A stretch of 64,000 bases of DNA. It comes from Squalus acanthias (lineage: Eukaryota). Each line of letters opens with the position of its first letter. The stretch's first letter is position 1. The position numbers and the translations under genes were made by a program. The stretch is taken from positions 930,001-994,000 of the forward strand of contig JASTWF010000088.1 in the NCBI GenBank assembly GCA_030390025.1, in the 5' to 3' direction. The notes beneath the pieces are model-generated. The model was not told where the DNA came from. It saw only the letters and a list, made by a program, of their open reading frames with translations, and did no database searches. This document shows positions 25,401 through 36,775 of this stretch, in pieces.

Positions 25401-28400
25401 CTCGGCAGCGGGGAGAGGATAAAGAGCAGCCCGAGAGCGGACCTGAGTTAAAGCTGCGGCAGCGGCGAGGCTCCGAATCAAAAAGAACAAAAAAATCAAA
25501 GAGTAACGTCACAGGTGAGCAGGTAGGTGATTGGTTGGTGAGTATTACAGCTTTTTTTTGCTCTCTAAGTTAGGGAAGCGGGTTAAATTAAGAGCTGAGA
25601 AACTGTAACTTGCAAGTACTTATTAAATGAATAACTGAAACTAGATAAAATAATGGCCTGTATTTTCCGATGCCGAGGGTGTGTACGGGCTGTGTACACA
25701 CCCGTAGGGACATCGGAAATGCCGGTTTCAGGCATGCGAAGCGCATACGCTGAAAACCAGCACTTCCGATCTGTCAAGAATGCTCTTGACAGATCGGACG
25801 CCTGCCCTGGAGAAGGGCCTCTGTGGGGGGGAGAGTTCCGCTTTCTGCAGAACCTCTGCCCGCTGAAAACCCTTAGAAATCTTACGTCTGGTAAAAGCAG
25901 ACGTAAGGCCTGCTTTTACCAGCATAAGAGCTGAAAAAGTTTTTAAAAAAATTTCACTCATTTATAATTTAAAAATACTTTAATTATTTTTACAAAAATT
26001 TAATTTTTGTTTAAAATATTTTATTTAATGTAATTTTAACTCATTTTAAAAACGTGATGGTTTTTTTAAATTTATTTAATGTTTTACTGTGTTTTTGGGG
26101 TGATCTCCATTCATATATTTGACAGGTCTATCTGTCAAAAGTATGAAGGGAGATTCCCTTCTCCTATTGGCTGGCCCACGTGATCCCAGGGACGCTTGCG
26201 AACTGCCTGCGCCTCTGGGATACGTGGGCCCTGCGCATTTCGACTGTGGAGAGGCCCAGGAGCGGAAGTGTCCGGACCTCGGGACCCCTCAGGTAAGTTC
26301 GTAGATTTTATTCCGATAGGAGGCAGCCGCACGCAGGAAGCCTCCTATCGGAAATTACGGGCCAATAAAACTAAAATATCGATTGAATAAAAGCTTTAAC
26401 TAATTCATTAATAAATAAAACAATTTTAGAGATGGCAGGGCAGGTGGTGTGTCGTAACTGCAGCATGTGGGAGTTTGTGGAGAGCATCGCGATCCCGAGC
26501 AACCGCATCTGCAGTAAGTGTCTGCAACTCGAGGAACTTCGGCTCAGAGTTGTTGAGCTGGAGTACGAGCTGCAGACATTGCGATACATCAAGGAGGGGG
26601 AGAGTTACCATAAATACCTTGTTCCAGGAGGCAGTCACACCCTTTAGGTTAAGTAGTACTTTAGAGTTCATTAGTGGTCAGGGACAGGAGGGTGTGACTG
26701 TGAGTCAGGAAGGTATAGGGACCCAGGATGTAGTGATGGAGGAGACTCAGCCCTTGACCTTGTCCAACAGGTATGAGGTACTTGCTACCTGTATGGATGA
26801 GGAAAAGGACTGCAGGGAGGATGGGCAAACTGACTATGGCACCGAGATACAGGGCATAAGGACAGTAGAAAGAAAGGATCTCGGCTCGGAAGATAAGGAA
26901 CTAGAATCAGTATGGGTGGAGATGAGGAATAACAAGGGGAAGAAAACACTGGTAGGAGTAGTATATAGGCCCCCTAACAGTAGCTATGCCATTGGACAGA
27001 ATATTAATCAAGAGTAGGAGCTTGTAACAAAGGTAATGCAATAATCGTGGGGGACTTTAACCTTCATATAGACTGGACAAATCAAATTGGCAAAAGTAGT
27101 CTGGAGGACGAGTTCATGGAATGCATTCGGGACAGTTTCCTAGAACAATACGTCATGGAACCAACCAGCGAACAGGCTATTTTGTATCTTGTATTGTGTA
27201 ATGAGACAGGGTTAATTAGCAATCTCATCGTAAAGGATCCCCTGGGGCAGAGTGATCACAATATGATAGAATTTCACTTTAAATTTGAGAGTGACCTGCC
27301 TAAGTCCGAAACGAGAGTCTTAAACTTAAATAAAGCCAATTACATAGGTATGAGGGGCGAGTTGGCTAAGGTAGATTGGAAAAATAGATTAAAAGGTATG
27401 GCGGTAGATAAGCAGTGGCTAGCATTTAAAGAAATATTTCAAAATTCTCAACAAAAATACATTCCATTGAGAAACAAAAACTCCACAGGAAAAGTGATCC
27501 AACCATGGCTAACTAAAGAAGTTAAGGATAGTATTAGATTGAAAGAAGAAGCTTATAATAAAGTGAAGAATAATAGTAAGCCTGAGGATTGGAAGAGTTT
27601 CAGAAACCAGGAAAGGTTGACCAAAAAATGATGAAAAGGGAAAAAATAAAATACGAGATAAAACTAGCAAATATAAAAGCAGATAGTAAGAGCTTCTACA
27701 AGTATGTAAAAAGGAAGAGAGTAGCAAAATTAAATGTTGGTCCCTTAGAGGCTGAGACAGGAGAAATTATAATAGGGAATAAGGAAATGGCAGAAATGTT
27801 AAACACATATTTTGTATCTGTCTTCACAGTAGAAGACACAAAAAGCCTACCAAAAATGGTGGGGAACCAAGGGTCTAATGAGGGTGAGAAACTTAATGTA
27901 ATTAATATAAGTAGAGAAAAAGTACTAGAGAAACTAATGGGACTAAAAGCCGACAAATCCCCATGACCTGACGGCTTACATCATAGGGTTCTAAAAGAGG
28001 TGGCTGAAGAGATAGTGGATGCATTGGTTTTAATCTTCCAAAATTCCCTAGATTCTGGAATGGTCCCAGCGGATTGGAAGGTCGCAAATGTAACACCGCT
28101 ATTCAAGAAAGGAGGGAGAGAGAAAACCGGGAACTGCAGGCCAGTTAGCCTAACATCAGTCATCGGGAAAATGCTGGAATCCATTGTTAAGGAACTGGTA
28201 TCAAGTCACTTAGAAAATCGTAACATGATTAGGCAGAGTCAACATGGTTTTATGAAAGGGAAATCGGGTTTGACAAATTTATTAGAGTTTTTTGAGGATG
28301 TAACTAGCAGGGTAGATAAAGGGGAACCAGTGGATGTAGTATATTTGGATTTCCAAAAGGTATTCGATAAGGTGCCACATAAAAGGTTATTACACAAGAT

Positions 28401-28680
28401 TAGGGCTCATGGGGTTGGGGGTAATATAGTAGCATGGATAAAGGATTGGTTAATGGACAGAAAACAGAGTAAGGATAAACGGATCTTTTTCAGGTAGGCA
28501 GGCTGTAAATAGTGGGGTGCCACAAGGATCAGTGTTGGGGCCTCAGCTATTAATAATCTATATTAATGACCTAGATGAAGGGATCAAGTGTAATAAGTCC
28601 AAGTTTGCTGATGATACAAAGCTAGGTGGGACAGTAAGCTGTGAGGAGAGCACAAGAGTCTGCAAAGGGATATAGACAGA
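25400..28680 (+). mobile_element. CR1 LINE with 5' UTR, ORF1 start, internal deletion, EN and RT (3' truncated)
   Basis: MAGQVVCRNCSMWE...CSKC (ORF1), GDFNLHIDW, DVVYLDFQK. Confidence 0.9.
25655..26363. mobile_element. Non-autonomous DNA transposon (PIF/Harbinger-like MITE) inside a CR1 5' region
   Basis: Imperfect 17-bp TIR GGCCTGTATTTTCCGAT / ATCGGAAATTACGGGCC; 3-bp direct repeat AAT on both sides. Confidence 0.75.
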
Positions 28681-28999
28681 CTCTCTCTCTCATATATATC
28701 AATTTTGCATCCAGGTCCAATCACATCAAATCCAGGCAGGTCCTATCTCAGCAACAGCCAGACAGTCTCTGAGAGCAGGCAGACAGTCTCTCACCTGCAA
28801 TGCAGCAGGAATGATGACATCATCAAAGGCGACTTTCAGACTGAAACCACTAATTGTTCCATGGGTTCCCACATGCTGGAACTCAATTGCCCAATTAAGT
28901 GAAAATTGCATCATTCAACCACATTAATCTGGAGTCGGGGGAGAAACACGAAATACGGATTACACGACCCCCAACCCGACCCCAAGACAAAATCCAGCC

Positions 29000-30110
29000 C
29001 AATAAGTTTAGAGGGGAAGTGAAGATGAAAATAAGATTGGCAAAGAGAGAATATGAGAGTAGAATGGCGGTTAACATAAAAGGGAACCCAAAAATCTTCT
29101 ACCGGCATGTAAATAGTAAGTGGGTAGTAAGAAGCGGGGTGGGGCCTATTAGGGACAAAGAAGGTGATATATGCTTAGAGGCGCAGGGCAAGGCTAGAAT
29201 ACTCAATGAGTACTTTGTATCGGTGTTTACTAAGGAGGTGGATGCTGACAAAATATCGGTAGAAGTGGAAAAGGTAGAAGCAATGGAAGGGGTGAAAATT
29301 AATAGACAGGATGTACAGGCTGGGTATGCTTAGAGTGGACAAGTCACCTGGTCCAGATGGCTTGCACCCTAGGTTGCTAAGGGAATTGGGGGAGGAGATA
29401 ATGGAAGGGCTTACCATAATTTTCCAATCTTCCCGAGATGCGGGGGAGGTGCCTGAGGATTGGAAAGTGGCAAATGTGACACCATTGTTCAAGAAAGGGT
29501 GTAAGGACAATCCTAGTAACTACAGGCCGGTCAGTTTAACTGAAAAGTCGAGAAGTTACGCTAAACTTGTATTGAACCTTGCTTAGACCACACGTGGAGA
29601 TTCTGGTCGTCATATTGTAAAAAGGATATAGAGGCAATGGAGAGGGCACAGAGAAGACTTACAAGGATGATACCTGAACTGCGAGGTTATACCTTTCAAG
29701 AAAGGATGAACAGCTGGGTCTATTTTCTCTTGAAAAGAGAAGGCTGAGGGGTGATCTGAGATAGGTCTTTAAAAATTATGAAAGGTTTTGATAGAGTAGA
29801 TACAGAGAGAATGTTTCCACTTGTGAGGAAGAGCATAACTGGAGGCCATCAATATAAGATAGTCACCAAGAAACCCAATAGGAATTCAGAAGAAACTTCT
29901 TTACCCAGAGAGTGGTGAGAATGTGGAACTTGTAACAACAGGAATAGGTTGACACTTTTAAGAGAAGCTAGATAAGCATATGAGGGAGCAGGGATATGCT
30001 GATAGAGTTAACTGAGGAAAGACTGGAGGAGGCTCGAGTGGAGCATAAACGCCGGCATGGACTGGTTGGGCCGAATGGCCCGTTTCTGTGCTGTTTATCC
30101 TGTGTAAATC
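29000..30110 (+). mobile_element. CR1 LINE fragments
   Basis: [20 protein letters not shown] and a CR1 3' UTR. Confidence 0.85.
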
Positions 30111-30919
30111 GCAGGAACTGGGCTCAGGGTATCGGGAGGGGCTGTACTGAGTTTCGTCACTGGCTCGCTGCTTTTTCACTTGATGTTTGTGTAGATTTCT
30201 CACTCAATGAAAGCTGAGTTCCATGAGAGAGTCTGTAAAAGACACAACCTCCAGTGGCGAGGGGGGAATAACTCTTAGTCATGGTCTAGCATTGATCAAC
30301 TATGGTTTAATACACAGGAGATCTGTCAATAGAAGCTTGTTTTGTGGCAAGGAACTGTTTTTTTTTTAAACCCACCATCGGTGTCGAGCGCGCCCGGGTC
30401 AGGTAGAGAGTGAAGCTTCCCTCCTTCTCGATTTGATCACGAGTCATCTCCTTTCACTCTCCTGCTGCTCACCAAGACTCTAAGTCAGTATATTGGGGGA
30501 GGGAGCAGGTGATTCCAGAAGTGCGGCTGGGTTGTGGAGTTTAATATTCCCAGCAGTAGTGGAATGAATGAATTTAAACAGGGAGAACTGGAGGATTCTA
30601 AACCTGGTCTGCTGAGCAACAAACTCCAAGATCCTGTCAGCTGCTCAGTGAGACTCTGCCGCTGTTTAACACACTGGAGAATGGGATCTGTCACCTGGAG
30701 AGGGGGAGCTAGTTGTGCTGAGGACGGGGATTGGACTTCACCTCGGAGCCTGGACCTTAGACTGATACATTGTGCAGTGGGCCTTGTGATACTGTGCTGG
30801 GACACTCGGTCTTCTCTGAGAATGGTGCTCCAAGAGAGTTTCATGGGAAGGACTGTGGGCCAGGCTGGGCTCAGTCACATCGCTGTACCCTTTACTTGTG
30901 TCTGTAGGGGGCTTGTCCT

Positions 30920-31480
30920 GTGACACCTGGCACATCCACCAATGGTGGGATGAAGTGAGTGGGGGTGGACAAGAGGCCAGAATTGGAGGAGCGCAGAGAT
31001 CTCGGAGGGATGTATGGCTGGAGGAGGTTACAGAGATGGGGAGGAGTGAGGCCATAGAGAGATTTGAAAACAAGGATGAGAATTTTAAAATCTAGGCGTT
31101 GCTGGACCGGGAGCCAATGTAGGTCAGCGAGTACAGGGTGATGGGTGAACGGGACCTGGTGTGAGTTAGGATACGGGCAGCAGAGTTTTGGATGAGCTCC
31201 AAGTTTATGGAGGGTGTAAGGTGAGGCCGGCCAGGAGAGCATTGGAATAGTCGAGTCTGGAGGTAACAAAGGCACGGAGGAGGGTTTCAGCAGCAGATGA
31301 TCTGAGGTGGGGGTGGAGACGGGCGATGTTACGGAGGTGGAAGTAGGCGGCCTTTGATGGAGAGGATATGGGGGTCGGAAGGTCATCTCAGGGTCAAATA
31401 GGACACTGAGGTTGCGATCAGTCTGGTTCAACCTCAGACAGTGGCCAGGGAGAGGGATGGAGTTGGTGGCTGGGAATTGG
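30920..31480 (-). mobile_element. L2 LINE 3' fragment
   Basis: LADLHWLPVQQRLDFKILILVFKSL motif. Confidence 0.85.
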
Positions 31481-31565
31481 AGTTTCCACATCGATCTTTC
31501 TCAGTTCCACCTCCTGTACTGGGTGCGAGCCCTCCATGTGACTCTGTCTCTCTTCCATTTTCCAG

Positions 31566-33210
31566 GCTGATTCCGAAGTGAAGTTCACTGGAACTAGAAT
31601 CTGCACTTGCTGTGTCGCTGAGAGGATTCATTCAGAAGCAACCCGGGATTCTGTATCTTCATTTGGTTTCATTGATTGTCACTGGCTGCTGTCAGTGTTT
31701 ATAGTAATCTACTGTTTCTATCATTGAGTTGATTTTTGGGTTGATTTTTAGGTTTATTTTCTCCTTGGTGATTGGATAGAAATCTCCAGTTGGGTTTTTT
31801 TTGTGTTTAATGTTAGAAATATTTTTAATTGCAGTTGTTGCTTGGGTTCCTGTAGCTGGGGAATGTTAATTAAAACTACTACAGGATGGGATCAGCAGGC
31901 CGGTGACTAGTCACAGATCACTGACTATGTCTCTAACCTCTACCGGGAGGGGTCAGCAGGCCGGTGACTAGTCACAGATCACTGACTATGTCTCTAACCT
32001 CTACAGGGTGGAGTCAGCAGGCCGGTGACTAGTCACAGATCACTGACTATGTCTCTAACCTCTACAGGGTGGAGTCAGCAGGCCGGTGACTAGTCACAGA
32101 TCACTGACTATGTCTCTAACCTCTACAGGGTGGGATCAGCAGGCCGGTGACTAGTCACAGATCACTGACTATGTCTCTAACCTCTACAGGATGGGGTCAG
32201 CAGGCCGGTGACTAGTCACAGATCACTGACTATGTCTCTAACCTCTACAGGGTGGGATCAGCAGGCCGGTGACTAGTCACAGATCACTGACTATGTCTCT
32301 AACCTCTACCGGGAGGGGTCAGCAGGCCGGTGACTAGTCACAGATCACTGACTATGTCTCTAACCTCTACAGGATGGAGTCAGCAGGCCGGTGACTAGTC
32401 ACAGATCACTGACTATGTCTCTAACCTCTACAGGGAGAGATCAGCAGGCCGGTGACTAGTCACAGATCACTGACTATGTCTCTAACCTCTACAGGGTGGG
32501 ATCAGCAGGCTGGTGACTAGTCACAGATCACTGACTATGTCTCTAACCTCTACAGGGTGGGATCAGCAGGCCGGTGACTAGTCACAGATCACTGACTATG
32601 TCTCTAACCTCTACCGGGAGGGGTCAGCAGGCCGGTGACTAGTCACAGATCACTGACTATGTCTCTAACCTCTGCAGGGTGGGATCAGCAGGCCGGTGAC
32701 TAGTCACAGATCACTGACTATGTCTCTAACCTCTACAGGGAGAGATCAGCAGGCCGGTGACTAGTCACAGATCACTGACTATGTCTCTAACCTCTACAGG
32801 GAGGGATCAGCAGGCCGGTGACTAGTCACAGATCACTGACTATGTCTCCAACCTCTACAGGGAGAGATCAGCAGGCTGGTGACCAGTCACAGATCACTGA
32901 CTATGTCTCCAACCATTTCCCTCGGCAAGCTTCAATGTTTTAATTCTCTGATCAGTTTAAGTTTCTGTTTTTACCGCCTGTCTTCATCGGTACCTGAGGT
33001 GGACCCGGTGTGTCCCGGGACTGCGTTTTATCAAATGGAAGGAACAGCTTCACTTCCCTGAACCCAGCCAGGCTGTCATGGGCTGCTGTGTGAGTCTAGG
33101 ATGGAGAATGTAAAATGCTTGGGATCGCACTCTGTACCACTGCACTTACCGGCTTAAAGTTTAAATTTGTACTTGTGTAATAATAAAAGCACTTGCTCCA
33201 CAAACTGCAG
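31566..33210 (+). other. Candidate terminal exon / 3' UTR of the class I gene
   Basis: Strong acceptor ctctgtctctcttccattttccAG at 31564-31565, followed by GC TGA, unique U-rich sequence, an embedded 61-bp minisatellite, and AATAAA at 33182-33187 with GT-rich sequence downstream. Confidence 0.5.
31880..32913. repeat. 61-bp minisatellite, ~17 copies, each with the palindrome GTGACTAGTCAC
   Basis: Period 61 (starts at 31892, 31953, 32014...). Confidence 0.96.
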
Positions 33211-33424
33211 CTGTGTGTGTTCACTCTGCCCAGTCCCAGACCCTGGCACAGAGACTACCAGGAACCCTGGGAGCAACTTGATCAGAAATGACATTTAAAC
33301 CATTCTCCTCACCCTGTGACCAGTACAATACTGTCAGTGACTCCCAGAGCAGTTAGTAACTCACACTGGCCTCACCATCCCACCTGGATGAAAGTTGCTT
33401 GTTCACCCTGAGCTGTGTTACTTC

Positions 33425-36275
33425 ACGGGAAAAGTGATCCAACCATGGCTAACTAACGAAGTTAAGGATAGCATTAGATTGAAAGAAGAAGCTTATAATG
33501 TCGCAAAAAATAATAAGCCTGAGGATTGGGAGAGTTTCAGAAACCAGCAAAGGTTGACCAAAAAATTGATAAAAAGGGGAAAAATAGAATGAGAGAAAAC
33601 TGGCAAGAAATATAAAAGCAGATTGTAAGAGTTTCTTCAAGTATGTAAAAAGAAGAGAGTAGCAAAAGTAAACATTGGTCCCTTAGAGGCTGAGACAGGA
33701 GAAATTATAATAGGGAATAAGGAAATTGCAGAAATGTTAAACAAATATTTTGTATCTGTCTTTACAGTAGAAGACACAAAAAAAGCATACCAAAAATGGT
33801 GGGGAACCAAGGGTCTAATGAGGGTGAGAAACTTAATGTAATTAATATAAGTAGAGAAAAAGTACTAGAGAAACTAATGGGACTAAAAGCCAACAAATCC
33901 CCATGACCTGACGGCTTACATCATAGGGTTCTAAAATAGGTGGCTGAAGAGATAGTGGATGCATTGGTTTTAATCTTCCAAAATTCCCTAGATTCTGGAA
34001 TGGTCCCAGCGGATTGGAAGGTCGCAAATGTAACACCGCTATTCAAGAAAGGAGGGAGAGAAAAAACAGGGAACTACAGGCCAGTTAGCCTGACATCAGT
34101 CATCTGGAAAATGCTGGAATCCATGGTTAAGGAAGTGGTATCAAGTCACTTAGAAAATCATAACATAATTAGGCAGAGTCAACATGGTTTTATGAAAGGG
34201 AAATCGTGTTTGACAAATTTATTAGGGTTTTTTGAGGATGTAACTAGCAGGGTAGATAAAGGGGAATCAGTGGATGTAGCATATTTGGATTTCCAAAAGG
34301 CATTCCATAAGGTGCCACATAAAAGGTTATTACACAAGATTAGGGCTCATGGGGTGGGGGGAAATATAGTAGCATGGATAGAGGATTGGTTAATGGACAG
34401 AAAACAGAGAGTAGGGATAAACGGATCTTTTTCAGGTTGGCAGGCTGTAACTAGTGGGGTGCCGCAAGTATCAGTGTTGGGGCCTCAGCTATTTACAATC
34501 TATATTAATGATCTAGATGAAGGGACCAAGTGTCCAAGTTTGCTGATGATACAAAGCTAGGTGGGACAGTAAGCTGTGAGGAGAACATAAGAAGTCTGCA
34601 AAGGGATATAGATAGACTAAGTGAGTGGGCAGTAAGGTGGCAGATGGAGTATAATGTAGGGAAATGTGAGGTTATTCACTTTGGTAGGAAGAATAGAAAA
34701 ACAGCATATTTTTTAAATGGTGAGAAACTTTCAAATGTTGGTGTTCAGAGAGATTTGGGTATCCTCGTGCAAGAAACACAGAAAGCTAGCATGCAGGTAC
34801 AGCAAGCAATAAGGAAGGTAAATGGCATGTTGGCCTTTATTGCAAGGGGGTTGGACTATAAGAGTAAGCAAGTCTTGCTACAATTGTACAGGGCCTTGGT
34901 GAGACCACACCTGGAGTACTGTGCACAGTTTTGGTCTCCTTATCTAAGGAAGGATATACTTGCCTTGGAGACGGTGCAACGAAGGTTCACTAGATTGATT
35001 CCTGGGATGAGAGGGCTGTCTTATGATGAGAGATTGTGTAGAATGGGCCTATACTCTCTGGAGTTTAGAAGAATGAGAGGTGATCTCATTGAAACACACA
35101 AGATTCTGAAGGGGATTGACAGGGTAGATGCTGAGAGTATGTTTCCCCTGGCTGGAGTGTCTAGAACTAGGGGGCATAGTCTCAGGATAGGGGGTAGGCC
35201 ATTTTAGACTCAGATGAGGAGGAATTTCTTCACTCAGAGGGTTGTGAATCTTTGGAATTCTCTGCCCCAGGGGGCTGTGAATGCTGAGCTTTTGAGTATA
35301 TTCAAGGCTGAGATAGATTTTTGGACTCTAGGGGAATCAAGGGATATGGAGATCGGGCGGGAAAGTGGAGTTGAGGTCAATGATCAGCCATGACGTTATT
35401 GAATGGCGAAGCAGGCTCGAGGGGCCGTATGGCCTACTCCTGCTCTTATTTCTTATGTTCTTATTACTCAATACTGCTGAAAGCCAAGAGGAGTATAGAA
35501 AGTGCAGGGCTGAAATAAAAAAGGAAATTAGGAAAGCAAAGAGAGGGCATGGAAAAATATTGGCAAGTAAAATCAAGGAACACCCAAAGATGTTTTATAA
35601 ATACATTAAGAGCAAGAGGATAACTAAAGTAAGAGTAGGGCCTATTAGGGACCATAAAGGTAACCTGTGTGTGGAAGCGGAAGACATGCGTATGGTTCTT
35701 AATGAATACTTTGCATCTGTTTTCACAGAGAGGGACAATGCAGACATTGCAATCAGGGAGGAGGAGTGTGAAATATTAGATGAAATAAACATAAGAAAGA
35801 GGAAGTATTAAGGGGTTTAGCATCTTTGAAAGTGGATAAATCCCCAGGCCCGGATGAAATGTATCCCAGACTGTTAAGAGAAGTAAGAGAGGAAATAGCA
35901 GAGGCTCTGACCATCATTTTCCAATCCTCTCTGTCTATAGGTGTGGTGCCGGATGACTGGAGGACTGCTAACGTGGTACCGTTGTTTAAAAAGGGAGAAA
36001 GGGATAGACCAAGTAATTACAGGCCAGTCAGCCGAACCGTGGTGGTGGGAAAATTATTGGAAAAAATTCTGAGGGACAGGACAGGATAAATCTTCATTTA
36101 GAAAGACACGGATTAATCAGGGACAGTCAGCATGGATTTGTTAAGGGAAGGTCGTGTCTGAACTTTTGATAAGGACCAAGTGTTGGGAAGTGGGATTAGG
36201 GTGGATAGCTCTTTGTCGGCCAGCACGGACAAGATGGGTCGAATGGCCTCCTGTGCTGTAAATTTCTATGATCTA
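33425..36275 (+). mobile_element. Two adjacent CR1 LINE copies (33425-35465 and 35470-36275)
   Basis: RT ORFs 33940-35207 with a TTCTTATG tail at ~35460; second copy has DKSPGPD and a 3' end. Confidence 0.9.
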
Positions 36276-36775
36276 AAATAGCCTGTTCCCTCGTTGGTTC
36301 CTCAACATACTGATCTAGAAAACTATTTGCATACATTCCATGAATTCATCCTCCACACTATTACTGCAAATTTGGTTTGCCCAGTCTATATATAGATTAA
36401 AGTCTCCCATGATTACTGTATTACCCTTGTTACATCCGCCTCTAATTTCCTGATTTATACTCTGCCCTACATTGCAGCTACTAATTGGGGGCCTATAAAC
36501 AACTCCCACCAATGTTTTCTGCCCCTTACTGTTTCTTAGCTCCACCCAAACTGATTCTACTTCTTAATTTTCAGAGCTAAGATCCTTTCTCTCTACTGTC
36601 TTTATCCCATCCTTTATTATCAGGGCTACCCCTCCTTTTCCATTTTGCCTATCTCTTCTAAAAGTTAAGTATCCTGGAATATTTAGTTCCCAACCTTGGC
36701 CACTTTGCAACCATGTCTCCGTTATGGCTATTAGATCCAACCTGTTAATTTATATCTACGCAATTAATTCATCTA

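Noticed and set aside
15756-25573. Three ORFs of more than 3200 aa
   Set aside because: Artefacts of a stop-free (CT)n satellite plus N gaps; open in all three frames and low complexity.
31880-32913. CRISPR-like look (palindromic repeat with a variable segment)
   Set aside because: The variable part is only ~8 nt and recurs, there are no unique spacers or cas genes, and the context is vertebrate.
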